Shown here one piece after another: positions 19,082 through 28,687 of a stretch of DNA of 49,846 nucleotides. Location: contig NZ_WFQN01000137.1 in the NCBI RefSeq assembly GCF_015487065.1, forward strand, positions 1-49,846, in the 5' to 3' direction. The first letter of the stretch is position 1; every line of letters begins with the position of its first letter. A program made the position numbers and the translations under genes. The stretch is from Nitratifractor sp. (lineage in GTDB: Bacteria > Campylobacterota > Campylobacteria > Campylobacterales > Sulfurovaceae). The notes below the pieces were generated by a model that was not told the DNA's origin, ran no database searches, and saw nothing but the letters and a program-made list of their open reading frames with translations.

Positions 19082-20158
19082 ATGAAAAAGATTATCCATG
19101 ATTACACAAAAGAGGAACTCTCCAAAGAGGTCCAGCCTTCTTTCCGCGCCAAACAGATCTATAACTGGATCTATCACAAACACGTCGACCGTTTCGAGGA
19201 GATGGCCAACCTGCCCAAATCACTCCGTCAGGAACTGGAAGAGAAGTATGAGTTTCATCCTCTGGAGATGGTTTCAAAGCAGGAGAGTCGGGACGGCAGC
19301 ATCAAATACCTTTTTCGCCTCCATGACGGGCATACGGTCGAGGCAGTGCTTTTGCTGATGAAGGAAGCCGAGTATCATGAAGACGGCACCCTCAAACACC
19401 ATCGCCGCTATACCGTCTGTATCTCTTCCCAGGTCGGTTGCAAAGTGGGGTGTGCTTTCTGTCTGACGGCCAAAGGGGGATTCATTCGGAACCTAAGTGC
19501 CGGGGAGATCGTGGATCAGGTCCTAGAGATCTACAAGGATCAGGCGATCCCTTCCAATCATCGTGTCAACCTGGTCTATATGGGAATGGGAGAGCCGCTG
19601 GACAACCTTGACAACGTGGCCAAGGCGGTAAAGATTTTTTCCGATATGGACGGGATGAGCATCTCCCCCAACCGCCAGACCATCTCGACCTCGGGGTTGA
19701 GCATCAAAATTGAAAGACTCGGCAAAATGGATCTGGGGATCAACCTGGCGATCAGTCTTCATGCGGTAGACGATGAGCTTCGTCAACAGCTCATGCCGAT
19801 CAACAAGGCCTATAACATTGCCTCGATCATGGAGGCGGTACGCAATTTCCCTGTCAACCAGCGCAAAAAGGTCCTCTTCGAATATCTTGTCATCAAAGAT
19901 GTCAACGACGATATCGCAGCGGCGAAAAAACTGGTCAAACTGCTCAACGGTATCAAGGCCAAAGTCAACCTGATCTACTTCAACCCCTATCCGGGTACCG
20001 ATTTCCAGCGTCCCGAACCGGAGGACATGCGCCGTTTCCAGGAATATCTCCTGGGCAAAGGGGTTCTTTGTACGATCCGGGAATCCAAAGGCCTGGATAT
20101 CTCTGCCGCCTGCGGGCAATTGCGTGAACAGAAACTCAGTGAAGGAGTGGGAAGATGA
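19082..20158 (+). CDS. rlmN: 23S rRNA/tRNA m2A methyltransferase (radical SAM)
   Basis: [30 protein letters not shown]. Confidence 0.97.
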   Translation: MKKIIHDYTKEELSKEVQPSFRAKQIYNWIYHKHVDRFEEMANLPKSLRQELEEKYEFHPLEMVSKQESRDGSIKYLFRLHDGHTVEAVLLLMKEAEYHEDGTLKHHRRYTVCISSQVGCKVGCAFCLTAKGGFIRNLSAGEIVDQVLEIYKDQAIPSNHRVNLVYMGMGEPLDNLDNVAKAVKIFSDMDGMSISPNRQTISTSGLSIKIERLGKMDLGINLAISLHAVDDELRQQLMPINKAYNIASIMEAVRNFPVNQRKKVLFEYLVIKDVNDDIAAAKKLVKLLNGIKAKVNLIYFNPYPGTDFQRPEPEDMRRFQEYLLGKGVLCTIRESKGLDISAACGQLREQKLSEGVGR

Positions 20159-20250
20159 CACCGGTAGATTTGGCGCTCTATATTATTATCGGCGGTGTGG
20201 TAGTCGTGGGAGTCATTGGGTTTATTATTGTGATTCGGAGTGATAAATAA
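20155..20250 (+). CDS. 31-aa small hydrophobic membrane protein
   Basis: [31 protein letters not shown]; ATGA overlap with rlmN stop; GAAGGAG RBS. Confidence 0.75.
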   Translation: MTPVDLALYIIIGGVVVVGVIGFIIVIRSDK

Positions 20251-20253
20251 AGT

Positions 20254-20279
20254 AGTCATTGGTTATTGGTTACTGGTAA
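20254..20279. repeat. Heptamer tandem repeats
   Basis: AGTCATT-GGTTATT-GGTTACT-GGTAA. Confidence 0.6.
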
Positions 20280-20298
20280 GTGCCTTAGGCACCTTTTT
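20280..20298 (+). terminator. Possible intrinsic terminator
   Basis: GTGCC-TTA-GGCAC followed by CTTTTT. Confidence 0.45.
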
Positions 20299-20375
20299 GC
20301 CCGTCTGAATGTTGCAGTAGAATCCGCGTGGGATAAGCCAGTATTACTCCGGTGGATATTATCCCAACATTGGAG

Positions 20376-20393
20376 GCAGGGCTTTAGCCCTGC
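20376..20393. repeat. REP-like palindrome
   Basis: GCAGGGCT-TT-AGCCCTGC, intergenic. Confidence 0.55.
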
Positions 20394-20461
20394 ATTGCCG
20401 TAATAAGTTCTGCCTTCCTGGTACAAAAAACCACGCCGAGTTAATAAATGCAAGTTTTTTG

Positions 20462-20502
20462 CCCAATTCCCAATGACCAATGGCCAGTGACAAATGACCA
20501 TT
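20462..20502. repeat. Heptamer tandem repeats, inverted relative to the 20254 patch
   Basis: CCAATTC-CCAATGA-CCAATGG-CCAGTGA-CAAATGA-CCATT. Confidence 0.7.
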
Positions 20503-20503
20503 T

Positions 20504-21478
20504 CTATGACAAGACCTCTTCAGGCTTTTCAGTCTCTATCTTCCATCCGTTCGTCAAATTGAATTCTCTCTTACCGGGTGGGGCAATCGCTGTTTTTTCC
20601 TGAGAAAAGTCGTTGCGGCTAAAGAGTTTCCAGTGTTGTTTGTAATTGAACTCTACCGAATAGGCGTGGAGCATCAACCGGTCGGCTCCGGTGTGGCGTT
20701 GCCGTTCTTCAGGGCTGAGGCGCTCCTCCAGATAGGCTTCAGCTGTTTCGTAGCTTGTGCCATAGATGGGATCGCCCAGGATAGGATGTTTCACGTGAAA
20801 CAAATGGATGCGGATCTGGTGGGTGCGGCCGGTATGGGGAATGCACTCCAGGAGGGTGGCATCGAGCCTCTCGTCGTACTGTAGCGGCATGAATGAAGTG
20901 TAGGCCCGTTTCCCCTGATCGTGGATGAAGACTTTATGTTTTGTGGGGCCGTAGTCGTCGTTGAGGAGGATCGGGGCGTCGACGCTGAAGGCTTTTTCGA
21001 CTCTGCCCTGGACCCAGGCCCGATAGCTCTTTTGGATCGCTTTGCGTTCGAAAGCGCCCTTGAGGAAACGTTCGGCCTCTTTGTGGCGGCTGGCCAGGAG
21101 CAGGCCGGAGGTCTCTTTGTCGATTCGGTGGACGGCGTTGGCGTGCTGCCCGCCGAAATGGCGGACCTCGTCAAGCATGGAGTAGGGGGTTGTCATTTTT
21201 TTGGGATGGACCAGAATGCCGCTTGGCTTGTCGAAAAGATAGAAATCAGGCGTGCTCAGGATCGGAGCGTTACCTCGGCTTTGGGGTTCGAAATAGACCA
21301 CCTCCACTTCGCCGGAGATCCGGGCCGATTTGTCCGGCAGGGTCTCTCCGTGACAGAGCAGACGTCCCCGGTCGATGATCCGCTGGGCCTCCCCCTGGGT
21401 GATTCCGAAGGTGCGCATCAGCCAGACGAAGGCGAGCTGTTCTTCTTCCAGGAAAAAGGTGCGTTGAACAAAGGGCAA
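20504..21478 (-). CDS. RluA-family pseudouridine synthase
   Basis: DKPSGILVHP, HRIDKETSG, TGRTHQIRIH, HPILGDPIYG. Confidence 0.93.
   Translation of the reverse strand: MPFVQRTFFLEEEQLAFVWLMRTFGITQGEAQRIIDRGRLLCHGETLPDKSARISGEVEVVYFEPQSRGNAPILSTPDFYLFDKPSGILVHPKKMTTPYSMLDEVRHFGGQHANAVHRIDKETSGLLLASRHKEAERFLKGAFERKAIQKSYRAWVQGRVEKAFSVDAPILLNDDYGPTKHKVFIHDQGKRAYTSFMPLQYDERLDATLLECIPHTGRTHQIRIHLFHVKHPILGDPIYGTSYETAEAYLEERLSPEERQRHTGADRLMLHAYSVEFNYKQHWKLFSRNDFSQEKTAIAPPGKREFNLTNGWKIETEKPEEVLS
20787..20802. promoter_or_regulatory. parS: parS centromere site
   Basis: Perfect consensus TGTTTCACGTGAAACA, inside the rluA-family CDS. Confidence 0.9.
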
Positions 21479-21530
21479 TCAGGACTCCTTCACGGGGATT
21501 TGAGTAGAATATTAGCCAATTTTATTTTGT

Positions 21531-21560
21531 TATTGGTGTATTGGTTATTGGTCTATTGGG
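21531..21560. repeat. Degenerate TATTGGT tandem repeats
   Basis: TATTGGTG-TATTGGT-TATTGGTC-TATTGGG in the purB upstream region. Confidence 0.6.
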
Positions 21561-21601
21561 CTGGATGTTTCCTGTGAAGATACACCGTGAAAGGGTAGGA
21601 A

Positions 21602-22939
21602 GTGGTAGAACGATATGCACGCAAAGAGATGAAAGAGAAGTGGACGCAGCACGCCCGCTATGCCGCCTGGCTGGAGGTGGAGAAGGCGGTAGTCAAAGCC
21701 TGGAACAAACTGGGACTGATCCCCGACGAAGATGCCAGGAAGATCGTCGAGAACGCTACCTTCTCCGTCGAACGTATCGACGAGATCGAGGCGGAGACCC
21801 GGCACGATCTCATCGCCTTTACTACCAGTGTCGCCGAGAGCCTGGGGGAGGAGAGTCGCTGGTTCCACTACGGGATGACCAGTTCCGATACGGTCGATAC
21901 CGCCGTGGCGCTCCAGATGCGAGATTCTCTCGAACTCATCATCGAGGATGTGAAGATGGTGATGGAATCGGTCAAAAAGCGGGCCATGGAGCACAAATAT
22001 ACCCTGATGGTGGGGCGCAGCCACGGAATTCACGGTGAGCCCATTACCTTCGGTCTCGTCCTGGCGGTCTGGTACGACGAACTGCGACGGCACCTGGAGA
22101 ACCTGGAGCAGACCATGGAGGTGATTGCCGTAGGACAGATCAGCGGTGCCATGGGCAACTTTGCCCACGCTCCCCTGGAGCTGGAGGAGATCGCCTGTGA
22201 AGAGCTGGGGCTCAAACCGGCACCGGTGAGCAACCAGGTGATCCAGCGGGACCGTTATGCCCGGCTGGCTTCGGCCCTGGCCTTGTTGGCCAGCTCCATC
22301 GAAAAGTTCGCCGTTCAGGTACGTCACTGGCAGCGGACCGAGGTCTATGAAGCCGAGGAGTATTTCGCCAAGGGGCAGAAGGGCTCTTCGGCCATGCCCC
22401 ACAAACGTAACCCGATCCTCACAGAGAACATCACCGGCCTGGCCCGGATCATCCGGGCCTATGTCATTCCGGCCATGGAGAATGTCGCCCTCTGGCACGA
22501 GCGGGATATCTCCCACAGCTCTACCGAACGCTTCTGGCTCCCCGACAGTTTCGTTACTTCGGACTTCATGCTTCACCGCTTCAACAATGTCATCGCCAAC
22601 CTCACGGTGATGCCCGAGAATATGCTCAAAAACCTCAACCGCACCGGCGGGCTGGTCTTCAGCCAGCGGATTCTGCTGGAGCTGCCCAAAGCGGGCGTGA
22701 GCCGTGAGCAGGCCTACAAGATTGTCCAGCGCAACGCCATGAAGGTCTGGGAGGCACTCCAGCAGGGCAAGCCTCCCGTCAATGAGAGGGGAGAGAGCCT
22801 CTTCCTGCAGTACCTTCTGGCCGATGAGGAACTGCGCAGCAAATTGAGTGAAGAACAGATCCGGGAGGCCTTTGACTACAGCTACTACACCAAAAATGTC
22901 GATCGTATTTTTGAAAGGGTTTTTGGAAAAGAAGACTGA
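21602..22939 (+). CDS. purB: Adenylosuccinate lyase
   Basis: GSSAMPHKRNP signature, HYGMTSSD, WHERDISHSS. Confidence 0.97.
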   Translation: MVERYARKEMKEKWTQHARYAAWLEVEKAVVKAWNKLGLIPDEDARKIVENATFSVERIDEIEAETRHDLIAFTTSVAESLGEESRWFHYGMTSSDTVDTAVALQMRDSLELIIEDVKMVMESVKKRAMEHKYTLMVGRSHGIHGEPITFGLVLAVWYDELRRHLENLEQTMEVIAVGQISGAMGNFAHAPLELEEIACEELGLKPAPVSNQVIQRDRYARLASALALLASSIEKFAVQVRHWQRTEVYEAEEYFAKGQKGSSAMPHKRNPILTENITGLARIIRAYVIPAMENVALWHERDISHSSTERFWLPDSFVTSDFMLHRFNNVIANLTVMPENMLKNLNRTGGLVFSQRILLELPKAGVSREQAYKIVQRNAMKVWEALQQGKPPVNERGESLFLQYLLADEELRSKLSEEQIREAFDYSYYTKNVDRIFERVFGKED

Positions 22940-22946
22940 AAAACCC

Positions 22947-22977
22947 ATCTCATGGGCCCTCTGGAGAGCCCATAGAT
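22947..22977 (+). terminator. Hairpin after purB
   Basis: ATGGGC-CCTCTGGAGA-GCCCAT stem. Confidence 0.5.
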
Positions 22978-23175
22978 TTCATTATAAAATGTTATAAAAC
23001 TTCTGCCTTTCCCCCCTCCATTTTTAACATGACCATCAGTTGTTTTTGAGTAAAATCCACCTACCTGTTTTGCACAAAAAGCTGCACGGTTTTACCTGAT
23101 TTTCCAAGAGTTAAGACCGGATTTCCAATTAAGCACTTACTGAATGCAAAAGAGACTTCCCCCTCAGGAGCGAGA

Positions 23176-25551
23176 ATGATCAGAGTCGTCAAACGTAACG
23201 GAAGAGTCGAACCCCTGGATGTCTCCAAAATCCAGAAATATACCTCCGCCGCCGTCGAAGGCCTTGATGGTGTGAGCCAGAGCGAGTTGGAGGTCGATGC
23301 CAAGCTTCAGTTTCAGGATATGATCAAGACGGAGGATATCCAGCTTACCCTCATCAAAACGGCGGTGGACAAGATCGACATCGATCAACCCAATTGGACT
23401 TTTGTCGCCGCCCGTCTCTTTCTTTACGATCTCTATCACAAGGTCTCGGGTTTCACCGGCTATATCCATCTGCGGGACTATTTCGAGAGGGGTGAGAAGG
23501 AGGGGCGGATTCTTCTGGGGCTTAAAGAGAAGTATGATCTGGATGATCTGAATGACTACATCAAGCCCGAGAGGGATCTGCAGTTTACCTATCTGGGAAT
23601 TCGTACCCTCTACGACCGCTATCTCATCAAGGACCGCAACGGCCAGCCTATCGAGTTGCCCCAGCATCTCTTTATGGCGGTGGCGATGTTCCTGGCCCAG
23701 AACGAGTTTGACTGTCAGACCTGGGCGAAGAAGTTCTACGATATTCTCAGCAAGTTCGAGGTGATGGCGGCCACGCCCACCCTCTCCAACGCCCGGACTA
23801 CCCGCCATCAGCTCAGCTCCTGCTATATCGGTTCCACCCCCGACAATATCGAAGGGATCTTCGACGGGTACAAAGAGATGGCGCTGCTCTCCAAGTTCGG
23901 CGGCGGGATCGGCTGGGACTGGACCCAGGTGCGGGGGATGGGTTCCTATATCGACGGGCACAAACACGCTGCCGGCGGGATCGTCCCCTTCCTCAAGATC
24001 GCCAACGACGTGGCCATCGCCGTCGATCAGCTCGGCACCCGCAAGGGAGCGATCGCCGTCTATATCGAGCCCTGGCATATCGACGTACGCGATTTCCTGG
24101 ATCTCAAGAAAAATTCCGGCGAAGAGCGCCGTCGTGCCCACGATCTCTTCCCCGCTCTCTGGATCAACGATCTTTTTATGAAACGTGTGGCGGAAGATGC
24201 GACCTGGACACTTTTTGATCCTTATGAGGTCAAGGAGTTGACAGAACTTTACGGTGAAGAGTTCGAGAAACGCTATGAGGAACTGGAGCAGGACGAGAGT
24301 CTGACCCGAGAAGTGATCTCGGCCAAACAGCTCTGGAAAGAGGTGCTGCGCAGCTATTTCGAGACCGGCAACCCCTTCCTCTGCTTCAAAGATGCCGCCA
24401 ACCGGGCCAATCCCAACCGTCATGCCGGGATTATCCGCAGTTCCAATCTCTGTACCGAAATCTTCCAGAACACGTCGCCCAACCACTACCGGATGAAGAT
24501 CATCTTCGAGGATCAGACGGTGAGCTATTTCGAGGAGGAGGAAGAGGTAACGGTTGACAACGGTGTCACCAAACCCGCCAAAAAGATCACCGCCCTGGAT
24601 ACTCTAGGAGGCAAAAAGATCTGGATGGTGGAGAAGGAGGCCGTGGACGGTGAAACCGCCGTCTGCAACCTGGCCTCTGTCAACCTCTCCAAGATCAATA
24701 CCCCCGAGGATATCGCCCGGGTCGTTCCGACGGCGATCCGGATGCTTGACAATGTCATCGACCTCAATTTCTATCCCCTCGCCAAGGTCAAAAAGACCAA
24801 CCAGAAGAGCCGTTCCATCGGTCTGGGGGTCATGGGAGAGGCCCAGATGCTGGCCGAATCGGGAATCGAGTGGGGAAGTAACGAACATTTCCACAAGATC
24901 GACGAAGTGATGGAATCGATCAGCTACTATGCTATCAAAGCCTCCAGTGATCTGGCGCTGGAGAAGGGGACCTATCCCAATTTTGAGGGCTCCGACTGGT
25001 CCAAGGGGATCTTCCCCATCGACAAAGCCAATCCCGAGGCATGTAAACTGGTTGACAGGGGAGGGCTCTTCGGCTATACCCACGACTGGATGGCGTTGAA
25101 AGAGAAGGTCAAAAAAGACGGTATGCGCAACGGTTATCTGATGGCGATCGCCCCCACCAGTTCCATCTCCATTCTCACGGGAACCACCCAGGCGATCGAG
25201 CCGGTTTACAAACGCAAATGGTTCGAAGAGAATCTTTCCGGGATGATTCCCGTTGTCGTTCCCAATCTCAATCCGGATACCTGGGCTTATTATACGCCGA
25301 GTTATGAGCTGGATCAGCGTCTATTGATCCGAGCCGGAGCGATTCGCCAAAAGTGGATCGATCAGGGGCAGAGCCTCAATATCTTCATCAGCCTCGACAA
25401 GGCCAGCGGCCGCTATCTCAACGAGATCTATATGGAAGCCTGGAAATTCGGTCTGAAATCCACCTACTACCTGCGAAGCCAGTCTCCGGAAGCGGTTGCA
25501 GCAGAAGAAGGGGTCGAAGATCGCAGTATGGAGTGTGTCGGTTGTCAGTAA
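23176..25551 (+). CDS. nrdA: Class Ia ribonucleotide reductase alpha subunit (ATP-cone)
   Basis: VVKRNGR ATP-cone, ATPTLSNA, SNLCTEI, APTSSIS, KSTYYLR, C-terminal CVGC. Confidence 0.97.
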   Translation: MIRVVKRNGRVEPLDVSKIQKYTSAAVEGLDGVSQSELEVDAKLQFQDMIKTEDIQLTLIKTAVDKIDIDQPNWTFVAARLFLYDLYHKVSGFTGYIHLRDYFERGEKEGRILLGLKEKYDLDDLNDYIKPERDLQFTYLGIRTLYDRYLIKDRNGQPIELPQHLFMAVAMFLAQNEFDCQTWAKKFYDILSKFEVMAATPTLSNARTTRHQLSSCYIGSTPDNIEGIFDGYKEMALLSKFGGGIGWDWTQVRGMGSYIDGHKHAAGGIVPFLKIANDVAIAVDQLGTRKGAIAVYIEPWHIDVRDFLDLKKNSGEERRRAHDLFPALWINDLFMKRVAEDATWTLFDPYEVKELTELYGEEFEKRYEELEQDESLTREVISAKQLWKEVLRSYFETGNPFLCFKDAANRANPNRHAGIIRSSNLCTEIFQNTSPNHYRMKIIFEDQTVSYFEEEEEVTVDNGVTKPAKKITALDTLGGKKIWMVEKEAVDGETAVCNLASVNLSKINTPEDIARVVPTAIRMLDNVIDLNFYPLAKVKKTNQKSRSIGLGVMGEAQMLAESGIEWGSNEHFHKIDEVMESISYYAIKASSDLALEKGTYPNFEGSDWSKGIFPIDKANPEACKLVDRGGLFGYTHDWMALKEKVKKDGMRNGYLMAIAPTSSISILTGTTQAIEPVYKRKWFEENLSGMIPVVVPNLNPDTWAYYTPSYELDQRLLIRAGAIRQKWIDQGQSLNIFISLDKASGRYLNEIYMEAWKFGLKSTYYLRSQSPEAVAAEEGVEDRSMECVGCQ

Positions 25552-25658
25552 TTGACAGGCAAATCATCTGAATAAGAGGGGAAGCTCTACCGAAGTTTGT
25601 GGAGGCTTCTTCGGAAGAGCAGGGCTGTGGCTGAATCGGCTTTGGAGGGATAGGAAAG

Positions 25659-26882
25659 TTAGAGTTTCCCCGCCGCACCAAGATTCATACTGAAGATGGG
25701 CAGCAGCATCGCCATGACAATGACCCCGACAATCAGACCGATTACCAGCATCATGACCGGCTCCATCAGACTTAGAAGCATTTTGAGCCGGTCTTCGTTC
25801 TCTTCGTTGTAGAGGCGTGACAGATTCAGCATAACGGAAGGGAGTTCGCTGGATTCTTCTCCCAGTGCCAGCGACTGAAGAAAATTGCGTTTGAGGAATT
25901 TTCCGTTGCATTTGCGCAGAGCCTGCGTGAGCGTATTGCCCTCTTTGACTTTTTCTCCCGTCTGATTGAAGAGATCCTGCATTGCCGCATTGTTAAAGGT
26001 TGTTCCGGCCAATTCCACCGCCTGGGCGTAGGAGACTCCCGAAGAGAGCATCAGTGAGAGAATATAGCTGAAACGTGCCAACTCGTGGTTTTGGATCAAG
26101 TCCCCGATAACCGGTGTCCTCAGCAATAAACGATCGACGACTTTTCTGAAAAGTCTCCAGCGGGTATAAAAGAGCCGATAAAAAAAGACAAAAAGGACCA
26201 CCCCCACGCCCAACGCAATATAATGATGAGAAAAAAAGTCACTCAATCCCAGGACAAAGCGGGTGACTTTCGGCAGTGCCTGGCCGGTGTCTTCGAAGAT
26301 CCCCGTGATTTTTGGCACGACATAACTGATCAGAAAGCCGGTCATCCCCATGGCAACGACAAAGATAAAGAGGGGATAGGCCATGGCGTTGAGTACCTGT
26401 TTTTTGACCCGGTTTTGAACGGAGAAGAACTCGCCCATATTCTTGAGGACTTCCACCAGTTTTCCACTCTGACCGGCCACATTGACACTTTGGAGAAAAA
26501 AATCAGGAAGCTGATAGATCTGTTGGGCCGTTAGGGCGCGATAAAAGGATCGTCCCTCCTCAATGCCCTTTCGCAATTCCCCCAAAAATGCGGAATAGGT
26601 TTTTTCCTCTTTATGCTGATTCTCCATCAGCTTCAATGCCACCAAAAGCGTCATTCCCGAGCCGAGATAGCTTGAGAGTTCCCGCGAGAAGGAGCTTAGG
26701 AGCATTCCCGGCATTTTGCGCTGTGTGAGGCTGTTCCATTTGAGTTCAAAAGCGGGTTGGATTTTTTGATAATAGATCCCCTGAGCACGGAGGATCTGTT
26801 TGGCCTCTTCCTCTGTCAAGGCGTTGACTCTGCCCTTGACACGTCTGCCTGACTGATCGATACCTTTATATTTAAACTGCAT
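25659..26882 (-). CDS. gspF: T2SS inner membrane platform protein
   Basis: MQFKYKGID..G, AMAYP, VVPKITGIF, GEESSEL, LMEP...LLPIF. Confidence 0.93.
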   Translation of the reverse strand: MQFKYKGIDQSGRRVKGRVNALTEEEAKQILRAQGIYYQKIQPAFELKWNSLTQRKMPGMLLSSFSRELSSYLGSGMTLLVALKLMENQHKEEKTYSAFLGELRKGIEEGRSFYRALTAQQIYQLPDFFLQSVNVAGQSGKLVEVLKNMGEFFSVQNRVKKQVLNAMAYPLFIFVVAMGMTGFLISYVVPKITGIFEDTGQALPKVTRFVLGLSDFFSHHYIALGVGVVLFVFFYRLFYTRWRLFRKVVDRLLLRTPVIGDLIQNHELARFSYILSLMLSSGVSYAQAVELAGTTFNNAAMQDLFNQTGEKVKEGNTLTQALRKCNGKFLKRNFLQSLALGEESSELPSVMLNLSRLYNEENEDRLKMLLSLMEPVMMLVIGLIVGVIVMAMLLPIFSMNLGAAGKL

Positions 26883-26981
26883 TGAAAGATCCGTTTGCGG
26901 GAGGAGAAAACGTGTACTGATCGAAGGAAGTCATTTGGCAATTTACTTTGTTATGAAAAATTTTCATCGGGGTTCAGGGGG

Positions 26982-27221
26982 TTATTTCCCCTGACAGCCG
27001 CTTCGACCGGCAAACCAACCGTCATAATAGTCACGATTTTTTTTAAAAAGTTCACTGTTTTTTGTATAGTCGCCGTGAGCGGTGGTACAACCGTCCTGGT
27101 AGCCCGCCTGGTAATCGGGAGTGTTGGCGGGTGCCGGTATTGTCCCGGTTGTCAGTATGCCGCAGCCGCTGAGAGTAATCAGAATGCCGGTAAGGGACGA
27201 GAAGGTAATTGAGCGCCTCAT
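26982..27221 (-). CDS. Small lipoprotein (79 aa)
   Basis: ATG 27221 with AAGGAG RBS; lipobox LSGC; YQAGYQDGC...YYDGW..G..C motif. Confidence 0.8.
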   Translation of the reverse strand: MRRSITFSSLTGILITLSGCGILTTGTIPAPANTPDYQAGYQDGCTTAHGDYTKNSELFKKNRDYYDGWFAGRSGCQGK

Positions 27222-27350
27222 GATATGCTCCTTGTTTTTGGAATTGATTGTAACAAAAGTTCGATAGATTGTACTGTGCCACTTCATTTCAGGAGAAACG
27301 ATTATAATCTTTTTATACAAAAGATTTCCCAATGCCAAAAAGGAGAAGAG

Positions 27351-28025
27351 ATGAAACGAATGGTGGTCCTGCTATTGATGGCCGGGATAGTATCCCTTTG
27401 GGCGGCAGATCCCGCCAGCCGGGTTTTCCCACTGGACAAAACCCATTTCAAGGTCGTGGACAAAAACGGTAAAGAGAAGATCGTTGATATGAGTGGGAAG
27501 GACTATATTGTCATTTCTCTCCGGGAAAAAGGAGCTGATGGAATCGCCTATGCCATCGACCGGGACGGAGTGGTCTGGTGGGCCGCTTCCATCTCATCCG
27601 GAGCCAAAGGACACGAGACTCCTTCGGGTATCTTTCCTGTCCTGCGCAAGGTGCGCTACTATATGTCCAAAGCCCATCCTGATCCCAGCGGCAAAAACAA
27701 TATGGATTTTTCCCTCTTCTTCACCAATCAGGGACACGCCCTGCATATGGGCAATACCAATGCCATGAGCCACGGCTGCATCCACGTGGGGGAGAAGGGA
27801 GCGGCGACGATGTTCAAATGGGCTAACGCCAAAACCTGGGTTGTTGTCACCCGGGAACACTATCTCCCTTATGTCTACTACGATCTGGCCAAGGTGGGTT
27901 ACAAAGTTGACAAACAGACCCCCCAATACATCAAAAACTATCTCAAAACGATGGTCCCTATCAAGCCCCATATGGATGTGACAGCACCGGAGCGCAATAT
28001 CACTGAAGAGAAGAGTGTCTATTAG
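27351..28025 (+). CDS. L,D-transpeptidase (YkuD/ErfK family)
   Basis: Signal peptide from ATG 27351; ISSG...ETPSG, GHALH, SHGCIH. Confidence 0.88.
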   Translation: MKRMVVLLLMAGIVSLWAADPASRVFPLDKTHFKVVDKNGKEKIVDMSGKDYIVISLREKGADGIAYAIDRDGVVWWAASISSGAKGHETPSGIFPVLRKVRYYMSKAHPDPSGKNNMDFSLFFTNQGHALHMGNTNAMSHGCIHVGEKGAATMFKWANAKTWVVVTREHYLPYVYYDLAKVGYKVDKQTPQYIKNYLKTMVPIKPHMDVTAPERNITEEKSVY

Positions 28026-28072
28026 ACGGCATTGGGTGTGACCAACAACAAGAGTATGAAGGAAGAGGCAAG

Positions 28073-28687
28073 GTGGCAGGGACAAGAGAAGAACAGACGG
28101 TAATCAGAAAAGAGAAGCGAAGGGCGGCCATCATCCATGAGGCTCTGAGACTCTTTGCCTCCAAAGGGTTCTACAGTACCACGATTCCGGATATCGCCCG
28201 ATCCATCGGGATGAGTGTGGGGAACCTCTACAACTACTTCGGCTCCAAAGAGCTATTGGCCCAGGAGATCATCCGGCATATCTCCGCCTATCTTGGGGCG
28301 AGGATTCGGGAGATCAACGAAAGCGATCTTCCGGTAAAGCAAAAGATTCGGAAAATTGTCGAGATCTACTTTGAGACCGCCAGGATGGAGCCGGAGATGA
28401 TCGACTTTTTTCTGCGTGTCTATCTCTCCAACCGGGAGGTCTTTCACGAGGGGTGCGAAGGGATGGTTTGTGTCAACGAATTTGTCACCGAGATCATGAT
28501 CTTCTTCGATGACGGTGTCGGAAAAGGCGAGTTGAAGAACCAGGATTTTTTTAGCGCCTTTGGACTTTTTATGGGCTATCTGGGGGGCATGGTCTTCCTC
28601 AACGGAGAGCACATTCTCCCCAAGGCACTGGAAGAGTATATTGACGATATTTCTGAAAATATCTACAACGCCCTCAAGGCATCCTGA
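28073..28687 (+). CDS. TetR-family transcriptional regulator
   Basis: LFASKGFYSTTIPDIARSIGMSVGNLYNYFGSKE HTH. Confidence 0.95.
   Translation: MAGTREEQTVIRKEKRRAAIIHEALRLFASKGFYSTTIPDIARSIGMSVGNLYNYFGSKELLAQEIIRHISAYLGARIREINESDLPVKQKIRKIVEIYFETARMEPEMIDFFLRVYLSNREVFHEGCEGMVCVNEFVTEIMIFFDDGVGKGELKNQDFFSAFGLFMGYLGGMVFLNGEHILPKALEEYIDDISENIYNALKAS

Noticed and set aside
20256-20501. 81-aa ORF MVICHWPLVIGNW...
   Set aside because: Peptide periodicity derives from the heptamer repeats.
24470-24660. Insertion in NrdA after NLCTEI as a possible intein
   Set aside because: Only about 60 aa, without intein C/S...HN termini; looks like a lineage-typical insertion.
26953-26972. ATGAAAA-A-TTTTCAT palindrome and TTTCATCGGGG shared with 35292
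   Set aside because: Short and AT-rich; could be chance, with no functional link between the loci.
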